Source of the DNA: Hormoscilla sp.
GTDB lineage: Bacteria > Cyanobacteriota > Cyanobacteriia > Cyanobacteriales > Desertifilaceae
Reading direction: 5' to 3'
Assembly: GCA_051439505.1 (NCBI GenBank)
Contig: JBFRWI010000125.1
Location: 1-35,002 of the forward strand
Length of the DNA: 35,002 bases
The first letter of the stretch is position 1. Every line of letters begins with the position of its first letter. A program made the translations under genes and the position numbers. Shown here piece after piece: positions 19,007-28,999 of the stretch. The notes under the pieces were generated by a model that worked only from the letters and a program-made list of their open reading frames with translations, was not told the origin of the DNA and made no database searches.

Positions 19007-20722
19007 TCAGACTCCGGATGCCAGTTCAGCGAGCCTAGAAGCTTTGGTTGATGGGGGGTGCTGCCAAAAGATAATCTCGGAGTGGATCTGCTGGATATGG
19101 GTACCGGGAAAGTAGAAGCTGAGAATACGCTCGCTCGACCAACCCAATTTACCTAATCTATGAGATCCCGCTTGAGATAGGCCGACCCCATGTCCAAAGC
19201 CACCGCCAACAAAGGCATAACCTCTTAGGGTGAAATCGTCTTTGTAGAGAGGCTCAAGGTAAAATAGGGTGCTGATGGGAGCCCAAAAGGCATTGCGAAT
19301 CTGATCCTTTTCAATTTCTATTGTGCCCTTATCCGTTTGCACCTCCATTTTCAGCACTCTCCCAGCGGGCGATCGCTCTACCACCTGTACCCAGTGAATC
19401 TTCTGAAAACCAGCCTGGGGATGCTTGCGCCGCTGGAGATATTTATTGAGAAACCCGGTCATTTCTAACAAGCTAGTTTCGTACCGCCAGCGAAACCAAT
19501 CCCACTCCTCTTCGTTAAATCCCTTCTTCAGCTTGATGAAGTTGCGGAAATTGCTTTCCGAGGCCAAGCTTTTGTTGTCCAAATCCCACACATTACCCAC
19601 AGCATCAACCACCGCTGTGAGATAAGGTCGCTCTGGTCCATCCCACAGGTCGCTGTAAGGGGCCGTAATGCCGCCGGTGGTAGAAGAATACAGAGCGTCA
19701 ACTAGCTCATTATTGTAGGTTAGCACCAGACCCTTGGTGGCGGCGATCGCCTTGTCTACATCTGGATATGTTTGGGCCAATCCCTTATACACCTGGCATT
19801 CGGGAGTAGCACAAAGTTGATAGTCATCAATGGCAAATCTCCGTAAATTCCGCAGGACATAAGTTCTGGCCAAAATTGCCTGGGCTTCCAGGGCTGAGAC
19901 TGGTGCTTCGGCTCCAATTTCGTGAGGAACAACGCCCCGCAGATAGGTCTCTAGAGGCACTTTGTTTACTAAAGTGTAAGATCCGTAAGCGTTCAGCTGA
20001 AGTCGCAGACGGCCCCTATAAAGGTAATTGGTGGACTGTCCGTCGAGTTCCTTAGTTATCTGAATTAAATCTTTGCCACTGGTAATATCCAACTGGTGCC
20101 GGTTGTAGCGGTAGCCATCCAGTTCCCAAAATGCTTGGGGAAACTGGCGCAGGACTTTCGTTTCCAGGTAGGAGCGGTCGTCACCATTGCTTTGTAGACT
20201 TTTCAGCAGCAGGCGTCGTAGTAAGGGAGTGTGATAAACCGAGCGTTTGGCCCACACCTGCCACCGATCGGGATGAGCGATCTCCGTCTCAATTCCCCTA
20301 GCACGCCAAAGAAGAGCACTTTGTTCGGCACTCTCAAAGCTGCGATGGACGCTTAAGACCACCCGCTCCTGTAGTATTGGTTCTGGTAAGGGACGCATCG
20401 CTACCTGTAGCTTGACGCTTTCGGTGTGGACGATCGCTTCTCCATCTATTGTCTGATAGCGTAACGCTAACTTCTTGCCTTCTGTCGCTTTTACAGTTAA
20501 GCTGTCATTTGCTTTACTCCCAAACCGCTGCACCACTCCGATCTGAAGTTCGATATCAACATTTCCACTTTGTCCCCACACCGCAGAAGCTGCCATTGAC
20601 ACCCAGCAAAACGATACTAGCATCGTACCTGCTAATTTCCAGACAAATTTGGTACTGGATAGACAAATGTCACTGAAACTATTACTTTTGTGCTTGTACA
20701 CAATTCTTTCATCCAAGAGCAC
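19007..20722 (-). CDS. SpoIID/LytB domain protein
   Basis: LVNKVPLETYLRGVVPHE, EAQAILARTY, CQVYKG and GFGHGVGLSQAG; the true start may be downstream. Confidence 0.9.
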   Translation of the reverse strand: MLLDERIVYKHKSNSFSDICLSSTKFVWKLAGTMLVSFCWVSMAASAVWGQSGNVDIELQIGVVQRFGSKANDSLTVKATEGKKLALRYQTIDGEAIVHTESVKLQVAMRPLPEPILQERVVLSVHRSFESAEQSALLWRARGIETEIAHPDRWQVWAKRSVYHTPLLRRLLLKSLQSNGDDRSYLETKVLRQFPQAFWELDGYRYNRHQLDITSGKDLIQITKELDGQSTNYLYRGRLRLQLNAYGSYTLVNKVPLETYLRGVVPHEIGAEAPVSALEAQAILARTYVLRNLRRFAIDDYQLCATPECQVYKGLAQTYPDVDKAIAATKGLVLTYNNELVDALYSSTTGGITAPYSDLWDGPERPYLTAVVDAVGNVWDLDNKSLASESNFRNFIKLKKGFNEEEWDWFRWRYETSLLEMTGFLNKYLQRRKHPQAGFQKIHWVQVVERSPAGRVLKMEVQTDKGTIEIEKDQIRNAFWAPISTLFYLEPLYKDDFTLRGYAFVGGGFGHGVGLSQAGSHRLGKLGWSSERILSFYFPGTHIQQIHSEIIFWQHPPSTKASRLAELASGV

Positions 20723-20871
20723 TGCTAGTCTAGATAACTTTATTCCCCATGGATTAACCGGAAGGCTCTATGAGGAGATTTATTTTCGTTATGACAGGTT
20801 TTCGGTGGCGTCGGTTCTGGGCTTTACCCCATAAGTCATGGTCTCTTGACAAATTCTGAGCAACGCGCAAG

Positions 20872-20886
20872 TCATAATGACTATGA
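20872..20886. promoter_or_regulatory. PerR/Fur-like 7-1-7 inverted repeat upstream of sulfiredoxin
   Basis: TCATAAT-G-ACTATGA resembles the Per box TTATAATNATTATAA. Confidence 0.45.
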
Positions 20887-20913
20887 TTAAGACAAGAAGG
20901 GAGGAAGCCAAGT

Positions 20914-21174
20914 ATGAGAATCGCAGAAATACCTATAAATCAAATTCGCCGCCCCCTGCCCAGACAAACGGATCCGGCGAAAGTGGCAGCATTGATGAAA
21001 TCTATTCAAATGGAAGGATTACGAGAACCCATTGATGTGTTAGAAGTGGATGGTGAATATTATGGTTTCTCTGGTTGTCACCGCTATGAGGCTCACCAGC
21101 GTCTGGGAAAAGAAACCATCCGCTGTCGCGTCCGCCGGGCCCCCCGTTCCGTACTGCGGATGCATCTGGCTTAA
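20914..21174 (+). CDS. srxA: Sulfiredoxin
   Basis: IRRPLPR, EPIDVL and YGFSGCHRYEA catalytic motif; GGAGG RBS. Confidence 0.9.
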   Translation: MRIAEIPINQIRRPLPRQTDPAKVAALMKSIQMEGLREPIDVLEVDGEYYGFSGCHRYEAHQRLGKETIRCRVRRAPRSVLRMHLA

Positions 21175-21215
21175 TTATACTAGAGAAAGTCAAAAATGTC
21201 AATAAGGGTGAGATA

Positions 21216-21465
21216 ATGAGTGATAACTTGAACTTACAAAGCCTGTATCCAACGCGGCTTGATATCCCCGTAGAATCTCGCTCTGGGGCCTGTGCTATTC
21301 TCAATCAAACCCTGGCAGCTACTTTAGACGGGTGTGGTCAAAAGTAGTTGCAGCACCGATCCCCCCCAAACCCCCCCTTGCCGTTACAAGGCAGATCCTC
21401 GTAACGAGGGGGAGGGGGGGCTGTCTGAGCCCCCACCCACTTTAGACTTAGAGACTCAATTGCAT
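21216..21465 (+). pseudogene. dps: Dps (DNA starvation/stationary-phase protection protein) N-terminal relic interrupted by a MITE
   Basis: Hand translation: MSDNLNLQSLYPTRLDIPVESRSGACAILNQTLAATLD-[MITE]-LETQLH. This resembles cyanobacterial Dps N-termini and ends before the HWNVKG ferroxidase segment. Confidence 0.7.
21330..21438. mobile_element. MITE of the same family, degenerate right TIR, 9-bp TSD ACTTTAGAC
   Basis: Left end GGGTGTGGTCAAAAGTAGTTG; TSD at 21321-21329 and 21439-21447. Confidence 0.85.
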
Positions 21466-21489
21466 GAGCCCGGAATTATCCAGTGAAAA

Positions 21490-22146
21490 ATGAACAATGA
21501 AGAATCAATAATCAATAGCGAACCATCACCGAACAACTATGAAGCAATCTATAACCAAGCACTCTTGCAGTTAATGCAGCGGGTGGGGATATCTAGCTTT
21601 AAGGCTCTCAGTCGCCAGTCTGGCGTACCGGAAAAGCAGCTGCGACGCCTGCGAAGAGGTGAAATATCCAGGCTACGGTGGGAAATTTTCTGCCAATTGT
21701 CCGAGACTTTGGAAGTGCCAGTGACTGAGTTGCTGGCAACTTTTACGGGTGTGGGTGATGCCGATAGTGAAATCAGCCAAGAGTATCAGCGCTTGGCTTC
21801 GCGGCTGGCTTCCCAACGAGAAGAATTAATGTGGGAATTTCAGCAGTCGAGTTTGGCCGTGTTGGAATCGTGGTTGCGACAATGGCCCGTCGCTCAAGAG
21901 AAAGCCAGGGAAAATCCCCAGTTGCCAGCGGTTAATTTGCTGCCTTTGGTACAACCCGTTCAACAGCTAGTGGCACAATGGGGAGTAGAGTCGATCGCCC
22001 CTCTTGGTTCGCAAGTACCTTACGACCCTCAGTGGCACCAGTTGACAGAGGGGACAGCAGAAACAGGGGATCTCGTTGAGGTGGTTCGTCCGGGCTATCG
22101 TCACGGCGATCGACTGTTGTATCGTGCCGAAGTTACACCGCTTTGA
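21490..22146 (+). CDS. XRE-type HTH protein with a C-terminal GrpE-like domain
   Basis: LMQRVGISSFKALSRQSGV HTH; YDPQWHQ...VEVVRPGY....LLYRAEV is a GrpE-like beta domain. Confidence 0.75.
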   Translation: MNNEESIINSEPSPNNYEAIYNQALLQLMQRVGISSFKALSRQSGVPEKQLRRLRRGEISRLRWEIFCQLSETLEVPVTELLATFTGVGDADSEISQEYQRLASRLASQREELMWEFQQSSLAVLESWLRQWPVAQEKARENPQLPAVNLLPLVQPVQQLVAQWGVESIAPLGSQVPYDPQWHQLTEGTAETGDLVEVVRPGYRHGDRLLYRAEVTPL

Positions 22147-23110
22147 GAACGCCGATGATCGCAGGTCTGCCGTAAAATTTGGTGGTCTGGCCATAAATTT
22201 CTACATCAATCATACTGCCGTCTTCACGTTCTCCTGGGAAGCGGCCCGAAAGGTTTTGACTTTGACCGCCAAGACAGAGATTTATGCGATCGGCAAGTTC
22301 CGTCCGGCGTTCAACTGTGGTAAAATCGCATATTGACTTGAGGGCAAGGAAGCTAAAGTCATAGCCGAAAATCTCTGCTAGTCTGATGTTAGCATACATA
22401 AATTTTCCATTGCGATCGATTATGTACATGCCGAGCGCAGATAATTCATCGGGACTGGACGTCGGGGACGTTGTTTTCTGTTCGTCAGGATCGCGCAGAT
22501 GGTTGGGGATCATGGAAAGTCGAGTATTGTCTAGTACCAGAGCAATTTGAGCAGCAATCATCTGGATTATATTGCTATAATTGCGGTTAAAATGTTCTGG
22601 CATCGAATGCATCATGGTAATAATCCCGAGTAACAGTTTACCTTGAAAGATGGGTACGCAGAGTGCAGAACGAACGGTGTAAGGTTGATCGGGTAGGGTA
22701 AACCAGCGGGGATCGTCCATTGTATCGGCGATCAGTCCCACTTTACGGTTGCTGACAACCCAGCCAGCGAGACCTCGATCGAGAATATGACCGATGAGGG
22801 TCTGTTTCTGTTCTTTAATAATAGCACCGCGAGCCAAGATGCTTTCAATGACAATGCCATTAGCATCTAGCAAAAAAAGACTACTTTCTTCAGCTAAGGT
22901 TAGCCTATTAGCAATCTGCACTATCTGTATTAGTATCGCTCTGAGCAGCAGCTGTCCCGTCGCCACCGATTGCTTTATCCTTAATAAGGAAGTAGTTAGC
23001 TCATTTTGAACTTCATATGCTAGCTTGGTGCTTTTCAGTGCGGCTACTTCTCGGCGCATTGCTGCTAATTCGGAAATTAGCTGTTCTTGTGATTTGTCGC
23101 GATCGCTCAT
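22133..23110 (-). CDS. GAF + PAS domain protein with no output domain
   Basis: GLAGWVV, DTMDDPRW and SALCVPI (GAF); YANIRLAEIFGY and REDGSMIDVEI (PAS). Confidence 0.85.
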   Translation of the reverse strand: MSDRDKSQEQLISELAAMRREVAALKSTKLAYEVQNELTTSLLRIKQSVATGQLLLRAILIQIVQIANRLTLAEESSLFLLDANGIVIESILARGAIIKEQKQTLIGHILDRGLAGWVVSNRKVGLIADTMDDPRWFTLPDQPYTVRSALCVPIFQGKLLLGIITMMHSMPEHFNRNYSNIIQMIAAQIALVLDNTRLSMIPNHLRDPDEQKTTSPTSSPDELSALGMYIIDRNGKFMYANIRLAEIFGYDFSFLALKSICDFTTVERRTELADRINLCLGGQSQNLSGRFPGEREDGSMIDVEIYGQTTKFYGRPAIIGVLKAV

Positions 23111-23126
23111 TTTTCCCCTCCGCTAT

Positions 23127-23903
23127 TCAAACGGGTAAAACTGGATTTAGCCACCGACTCATTTCCCGCAACAGCCGATTTAAATCTTTATATAAGAATT
23201 CTTGCTTCACCCACTGGCCTATTGCATCCAGGGGCGTAAATTCTCTTCCCGCTTGCCAGTTGACATCTTGCCCTAGGGGTGTTATGTGGGTTCCGGGTAA
23301 GGTAAGACTGACAACCATATTGGGAAAACGTTTTTGCAAGATGCCCATTAAGCTAGCTGTTTGGTCAATATCGTCGTTCTGAAATTTTATCAGCAAATTG
23401 CGGCGGATGCTATAGCGTTGAGCGATCGACTGGTTAGTTTCTGCTGGTGTTGGAGTAAACTCGATATTAAAAGCTGGGCTTAAATTGAGTTGTTCTACTA
23501 AGGGGATAGCTTGATGGGCGGGGTGATTATTATAGGACATGAGGATATTTCCTCCACGGGACACCTCGTATAAGCTACCAATGAGTAGATGTAGCTTGGA
23601 ACCCATGCTGTGTCCGACTCCGTAGATGGGAAGATAGGCATTGGATAACTTGCCTGTTTTTTGCAAGCGATCGATAGTTGTTTCAAAGCTATCCAGGACT
23701 TCAAGGGCGATCGCGTTATGATCTAGTGTCTGCACAAATGGCGTCGCCACTACTAGATATCTCTTTTCTGCTAGCGCTGACAGCAACCAGCGATAGGTGA
23801 GTTGGGGTGCAGCGGCGGCAAAGGCACCTCCCAGAAAATGTACTATCCCGATCGGGCGACGGGGAATTAATACCCAGTTACCTGCTATCTCTTGCCAATC
23901 CAT
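23127..23903 (-). CDS. DUF1350 family alpha/beta hydrolase-like protein
   Basis: HFLGGAF, YGVGHSMGSKLHLL, NLLIKF.NDDIDQT and LPGTHITP. Confidence 0.85.
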   Translation of the reverse strand: MDWQEIAGNWVLIPRRPIGIVHFLGGAFAAAAPQLTYRWLLSALAEKRYLVVATPFVQTLDHNAIALEVLDSFETTIDRLQKTGKLSNAYLPIYGVGHSMGSKLHLLIGSLYEVSRGGNILMSYNNHPAHQAIPLVEQLNLSPAFNIEFTPTPAETNQSIAQRYSIRRNLLIKFQNDDIDQTASLMGILQKRFPNMVVSLTLPGTHITPLGQDVNWQAGREFTPLDAIGQWVKQEFLYKDLNRLLREMSRWLNPVLPV

Positions 23904-24255
23904 TTTACCTACAGCTGTTCTTTGATAATGTTGTCAGTTGGTAGTTGTTAGTTGTCACTGGTCGGTACGCGATCGACATGCATCCCGTCGAGTGGTAACT
24001 TATCTCTATTATATTATTAGTGTTGCACAAACTTCAAATTACTTTACAAATCATCAGCGATGTTAATTTTTTTAAATGAAAATTTTCTTTACCATCCCCT
24101 AGCCCCCACCCATCCACCCTTATCATACACATTGACTAACTACTTTCTCAACCGTATTTATACTAAAATTATCAGGGTCGGATAACTAATTTTTACCACG
24201 GTGGTGGACCGGGGACAAGGAATCTCAATTAGCTGAACACATGGACAAATGAGTA

Positions 24256-25395
24256 TTAGTTATGCAAAACAATGTCGATCGCCCGATCGATCAAATGAAC
24301 AGCATCCTCAGAGTAGTGATAGGTTTTCGTCTTAAATTTCATATCCTCCATTTGTTCGGGCTGTTTAGAAGGGAAATGCCCGTACTTGTCTTGATACAGT
24401 TGCAAGGTCAGGCGACCGATTTTCGTCCTCTGTCCTGTAGTTACTTGAATGCCCCGTTCTTTGATTCGCTTGGCGACGGAGACGGTTGCCGTGGTTGCAC
24501 TCTTTGCTGTCGGCTTTTTCTTCAAGCTGTTAAATGTTTGGGTCAGTTCGGAGACTGTTGAGATCAATTGCGTTTGTAACTGAGTATATCGTCTAGCGGG
24601 TTTGTCGGTAGCCACGGCAATCTCTAAAGCCCTGGTCTGTCCGACTGCAATAAATGTACTGCTGGCGCGAGTCATGGTAGTATAGAGTAACTGGCGAGTC
24701 AGCATGTGGCGATTACTAAGCAGTAGGGGCATAATCACATAGGGAAATTCCGAACCTTGGGACTTGTGGCAGGTCAGACAGAATGAATGCATAATTTGTT
24801 CCAGTTCGGACTGTTTATAGGAAACGATCGCGCCCTCCTGAAATTCTACTCTTACCTGTTTATTTTCCGGGTCAACGAACACAACCTTGCCAGTTTCTCC
24901 ATTCATCACGGTGGGTGCGATGTCGTAGCGATTTTTGAGTTGAATCACCCGGTCATTCACGCGGTAGACGACCTCATTATACTCTACCTCTGTGCTGTCG
25001 GGCAGTCGAGGATTAAAAATGGGCTGAAGCAGCTGATTGAGATTGCTAACGCCACAGATACCTTTCTTTTGAGGTGCTAACACCATCACAGATGCAGTTA
25101 AATCGACTTCCGTTGCTTTCATGGCAACTGCCAATTCCACAATTGCTCGGGCTGTGGCTTCCAGTGTCGGGGTTTCCCACATGGCGCAATCTCCCACATC
25201 CATCCACTGTTTTGCCTGCTTAAACTCGTGCAGTTTTGGTATTTTACCTCTGTTAACATCTTCTGCTGCATAGATAATCGGGCTTTCATCTCGCTGTCGA
25301 TAGATAGTCTCCAATCGGGTTGTGGGCACCATTTCTGAGATTAGCAAATCTCGCAGCACCATCCCGGGCCCAACGCTGGGTAATTGGTCCGAGTG
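24256..25395 (-). pseudogene. RecD2-like SF1B helicase, C-terminal half only
   Basis: The frame opens at SDQLPSVGPGMVLRDL (motif III), then IYRQ, NGETG, TCHKSQGSEF and LLYTTMTRA. Walker A/B are missing and the IS607 right end abuts it. Confidence 0.85.
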
Positions 25396-25493
25396 CTGTA
25401 TTAAACCCTCACAAAGCTAATATTAGCCCTGCGCAAGTATAACATCGGCATCAGAGATGGTAATAACGCCATCTCTAACATCGAAGGCTACAG
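25396..25493 (-). ncRNA. Putative omegaRNA scaffold of copy A; the guide would be flank 25395 downward (CACTCGGACCAATTAC...)
   Basis: CTGTA...TACAG closing stem plus AGAGATGG/CCATCTCT and GCTAA/TTAGC hairpins; covaries with copy B. Confidence 0.65.
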
Positions 25494-25975
25494 CCTGCAA
25501 TGCTCTCAACATGATGTTAAGAGCGCCTACCCAATCTCTCGTAGCGGAGGGGTCCCGGAGCGTGCCTTATGGCCACAAGCCGGGCATTTATGAATTTTAG
25601 AGCCACCTAAATTCCTATGAATGTGGCCACACTTAGGGCAGGTTTTACTTGTGTACGCTTCATTACAACGAACCACCAGTACCCCTTTCCTTTTTGCTGC
25701 TTGTTCTAGATGTGAAGCAAACCGGCTCATGGCCCAAGTAAGCATATTCCTGACAGACTTCCGATTGATCTTTCTATTGGCTTTGACAACCATTTGAGAA
25801 GTTTCGTAAGTGGGAAAAAATATTAACTTATAGCTATTGACTAGCAGACTAGCAGCCTTTCGATGCAGGTCATCCACCAGTGAATGAATTTTGAATCTGA
25901 GCCGGTCGATTGCTTTGTTCAATTTGTAGCGCAGTCGCTTGTTTGTTTTTCCGCTGGCTTTCACTTTTCTTCCAA

Positions 25976-28374
25976 GTTAAACTAAGCCAGGGTGTTACCA
26001 CCCCGACTCGTCTTCAGAACCGGACGTGAGACTTTCACCTCATCCGGCTCCTCAGCAATGCCATCCTTGTCATGGATACGGCAACTACCATCATTGGCAG
26101 TCTTTACGTCGTGGCAATGTTTGTGTAACAGTTGCAGGTTGTCCCACCGGTCCTTACCACCTAATGATAGCGGTTTGATATGGTCTACTTCCCAACTGTC
26201 ACCGTTTCTGAATGTTAATCCGCATTGTTGGCATATGCCCTTTTGCCTCTTGAGTAGTTTAGCTACCCGGTTACTTAGCTCAGGGTTCTTGCCTAGTCTT
26301 GTGCTCCAATATGTGAGGTTCCCGTCGTATGGGCTTGCTTTTCCTTTTACTTTTACATGTCTCACTATCTCTGTACTTGCGTGTAGAGATAGTTCAATAT
26401 TTCCATGTGCATCCCCGAACTCTGTCGATGCTCTGAATCGCCATTGTCCATCCTGACCTATTGACCAGTATTTCTTGGCTATCCATTGTGCCGACTTATT
26501 GGGGTGCCTCCTTTTTGCCCAATTCCACAGGATTCTCCATAGGTAATGATCCAACTCGGAGAATGTCTCCTTGCTTACCCCAGTTCTGAAGTAGTTTGCC
26601 CAACCTCGTATGATCGGGTTGAGTTTGCCGATCAGTGCCGCTTGTGGGGCTGTTTTATAACTGGTTACAATTGCGGCTAACCTTTCTTTGTGTTTACCTA
26701 TGGATTTGTTGCTGGGTTTGATGAGGGTTTTGAATCCTAGGGGCTCCCCCTGCGTATTCTTTCCAGTTCGGTACTTGCCTACCTCAAATTGCCTGACGGT
26801 AAATCCCAGGAAGTCAAAGCCAGGGTTTTCACCACTCAGGGTGTGGGTAGTGTGAGTCTTTTCCGGTTTCAGTTCTAATCCGACGTCCCCTAACCATTCT
26901 GCCACGACTGTCTGCGCTTTCTCAATTATGTCGCGGTTCTCATGCAGGATCACAAAGTCGTCGGCGTACCTAACTACTGTCAGGGCTTTCCTTTTATCCC
27001 TTGCTTTCCCTGCTATATCCTTGACTCTTTCTTCTAGACCGTGTAGGGCAATGTTTGCCAATAGTGGCGATATTACTCCCCCTTGTGGGGTTCCCTTATC
27101 GGTGTAATGAAATTGTCCTGCATCAATCACGCCAGCTTTTAGCCAGGCGCGGATCTGTCTCCGAAAGATTGGTGAGGTATTCAGTTTTTTGAGCAGCGCC
27201 AAGTGGTCAATCCTATCAAAGCATTTGGCAATGTCTGCATCTAAGACCCATTTGGATTTCTGTTTGATGCTGTCGAATATTGCCGCTATTGCGTCGTGGC
27301 ATCCTCGTCCCGGTCTGAAACCATATGAGTTGGGTTCCATATAGGCTTCCCATTCGGGCTCTAGCGCAAGTTTGACCAACCCTTGAAGTGCGCGGTCGTA
27401 CATTATGGGGATTCCTAATGGACGTTTTTCGTCTCTCCCTGGTTTGGGTATCCACACGCGCCGTGCGGGCCTTGCCTTGTTTGAGATTCTTAACTGTCCT
27501 ACCAGTTCTAGACGTTGCTTGGTTGTGAGGGATTTGACCCCGTCCACACCAGCAGTCTTTTTGCCTTGGTTTTCCTGTGTTACCCGTCGTACCGCTAAAC
27601 ATTTGGCTGACCAAGATTTGGTCAGTAACCTCTGAAGCTTGCGGACTGTCCGCTTATCACCACGTTCTGCCGCTCTGTAAATTCGCTTTTGCAGCTTGAA
27701 GACCTTCCGCTCTAGCTTGTGCCAGGGGATTGTCTTCCATTCATACATCGGTTTTTCTGCCGTGTTCATAACGTTTGTACTGCTACTTACAACTTCACAA
27801 TTGACATTACCGTGAGGGCGTCAGCGTATCCTACCTATTATAGATAGGCGTTTGCTTCTCCTCTCAATCCTTCCCGGTCATGACCTGCCTAATGGAAGCA
27901 GAGGTTGCGCCTTTGGTGGCTACTCTATTTATCGACCTTAATAGAGAGCACATGACCGGGTTACTTCGTTCCTACAGATGATTGGTTGTAACTTTAGATG
28001 GATTCCTTACGCCGGGTTTATTGTCGATGCTTACTGGTCGGAACTCAATCCGCCAGCGACCTATATCCTTTCCCTTTTGGGCCAGTGTATCAGCCTTATT
28101 TCACTGGTTCTTGATTACGACGCTGCAAATCTTTGCTTTATGCTCATCATGGCTACTTGCTCGACGTTGACCGGTAAAGGCTACCGATCAGAGCGCCTTT
28201 CACTCCCGCTTTACGGATTGATGCCATCGCTACCGTAGGGAATGTGCTGTCACTCCTGCATCTGGAGGGGTGGACTTTCACCACCATCTTCTGTAAGTTG
28301 TCAGGGCTAATGTCACCCTGCTAGCTGTCCCCTATTTGACATGTGTCATCTAGTTTAAGCTAAACGAATCGCAC
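25976..28374 (-). mobile_element. Group II intron (2399 nt), probably IIB/chloroplast-like class
   Basis: 5' GTGCGATTCG; domain V GAGCCGGATGAGGTGAAAGTCTCACGTCCGGTTC (about 26017-26050); 3' TTAGTTTAAC. EBS1 (28042-28047) is complementary to IBS1 AACTCA. Confidence 0.93.
25982..27769 (-). CDS. ltrA: Group II intron reverse transcriptase/maturase with HNH endonuclease
   Basis: GKKTAGVDG, RPLGIP, SYGFRPGR, DADIAKCFD, GTPQGGVISPLLANI, YADD, GWANYF and DHIKP..GG....NLQLLH..CH. Confidence 0.96.
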   Translation of the reverse strand: MNTAEKPMYEWKTIPWHKLERKVFKLQKRIYRAAERGDKRTVRKLQRLLTKSWSAKCLAVRRVTQENQGKKTAGVDGVKSLTTKQRLELVGQLRISNKARPARRVWIPKPGRDEKRPLGIPIMYDRALQGLVKLALEPEWEAYMEPNSYGFRPGRGCHDAIAAIFDSIKQKSKWVLDADIAKCFDRIDHLALLKKLNTSPIFRRQIRAWLKAGVIDAGQFHYTDKGTPQGGVISPLLANIALHGLEERVKDIAGKARDKRKALTVVRYADDFVILHENRDIIEKAQTVVAEWLGDVGLELKPEKTHTTHTLSGENPGFDFLGFTVRQFEVGKYRTGKNTQGEPLGFKTLIKPSNKSIGKHKERLAAIVTSYKTAPQAALIGKLNPIIRGWANYFRTGVSKETFSELDHYLWRILWNWAKRRHPNKSAQWIAKKYWSIGQDGQWRFRASTEFGDAHGNIELSLHASTEIVRHVKVKGKASPYDGNLTYWSTRLGKNPELSNRVAKLLKRQKGICQQCGLTFRNGDSWEVDHIKPLSLGGKDRWDNLQLLHKHCHDVKTANDGSCRIHDKDGIAEEPDEVKVSRPVLKTSRGGNTLA

Positions 28375-28999
28375 TGAGTTTGTCAAGATGCAGGCACAGC
28401 CTTGTCAGCCGCCCGATGTCTCCCTTGCCAATCTCTAAGATGTTTTCACCGTCATAACCGGTCAAGAAAGTGCGGTTTCCAGGGTCGAGCGCAATCACCT
28501 TATCAGAACCCGTACTTACTACCGGTACATATGAGGGAAAGCAAGCAAACCATTGCCCGCGCTGGTACAGTAATTCAGTACCGTAAACGCATTTTTCTGG
28601 CAACTCATAACCTTTAGCTATAGCAAATTTCAGTTCGCCGACCTTTTTGGAAAACCAAGTGCCATTTCTGTACGCATCATTCTTAAACTGAATAGCCTGA
28701 GACTTACTTCTACAGGATTTGAATCGCAGCAAAACCTTGCCACCATTAGCTTTGCGAGATTGTCTACTAGCACTTTGGGCCTCACAAACTGCCTCTTGTC
28801 TGGTTTTCCCTAGGCACTTTGTCCATGAGTTTTTATGTTCACTTTGCAACTGCTGAATATACTGATCTAAAGACCGACCTTCTGGCAGTGCTTTGCCGCT
28901 ATTATAAAACTCAATGCACTGATTGTAAACCCACCGGTAAGCCGCCAGCCATTGTTTCCAGATAGCGTGTAATTCGGGCTCGGGAAATAGCGGGATTTT

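Noticed and set aside
23904..24255. ncRNA or att site in the AT-rich gap
   Set aside because: No supportable structure or repeat partner seen
25527..25964. Independent 145-aa transposase gene (and the separate 381-aa ORF 28355-29500)
   Set aside because: These are the two exons of one intron-split tnpB
25982..26050. RT ORF running through intron domains V-VI as a novelty
   Set aside because: Common in cyanobacterial group II introns
25982..27769. Retron, DGR or defence-associated RT
   Set aside because: The maturase and HNH domains, domain V/VI and exact splice boundaries identify a group II intron
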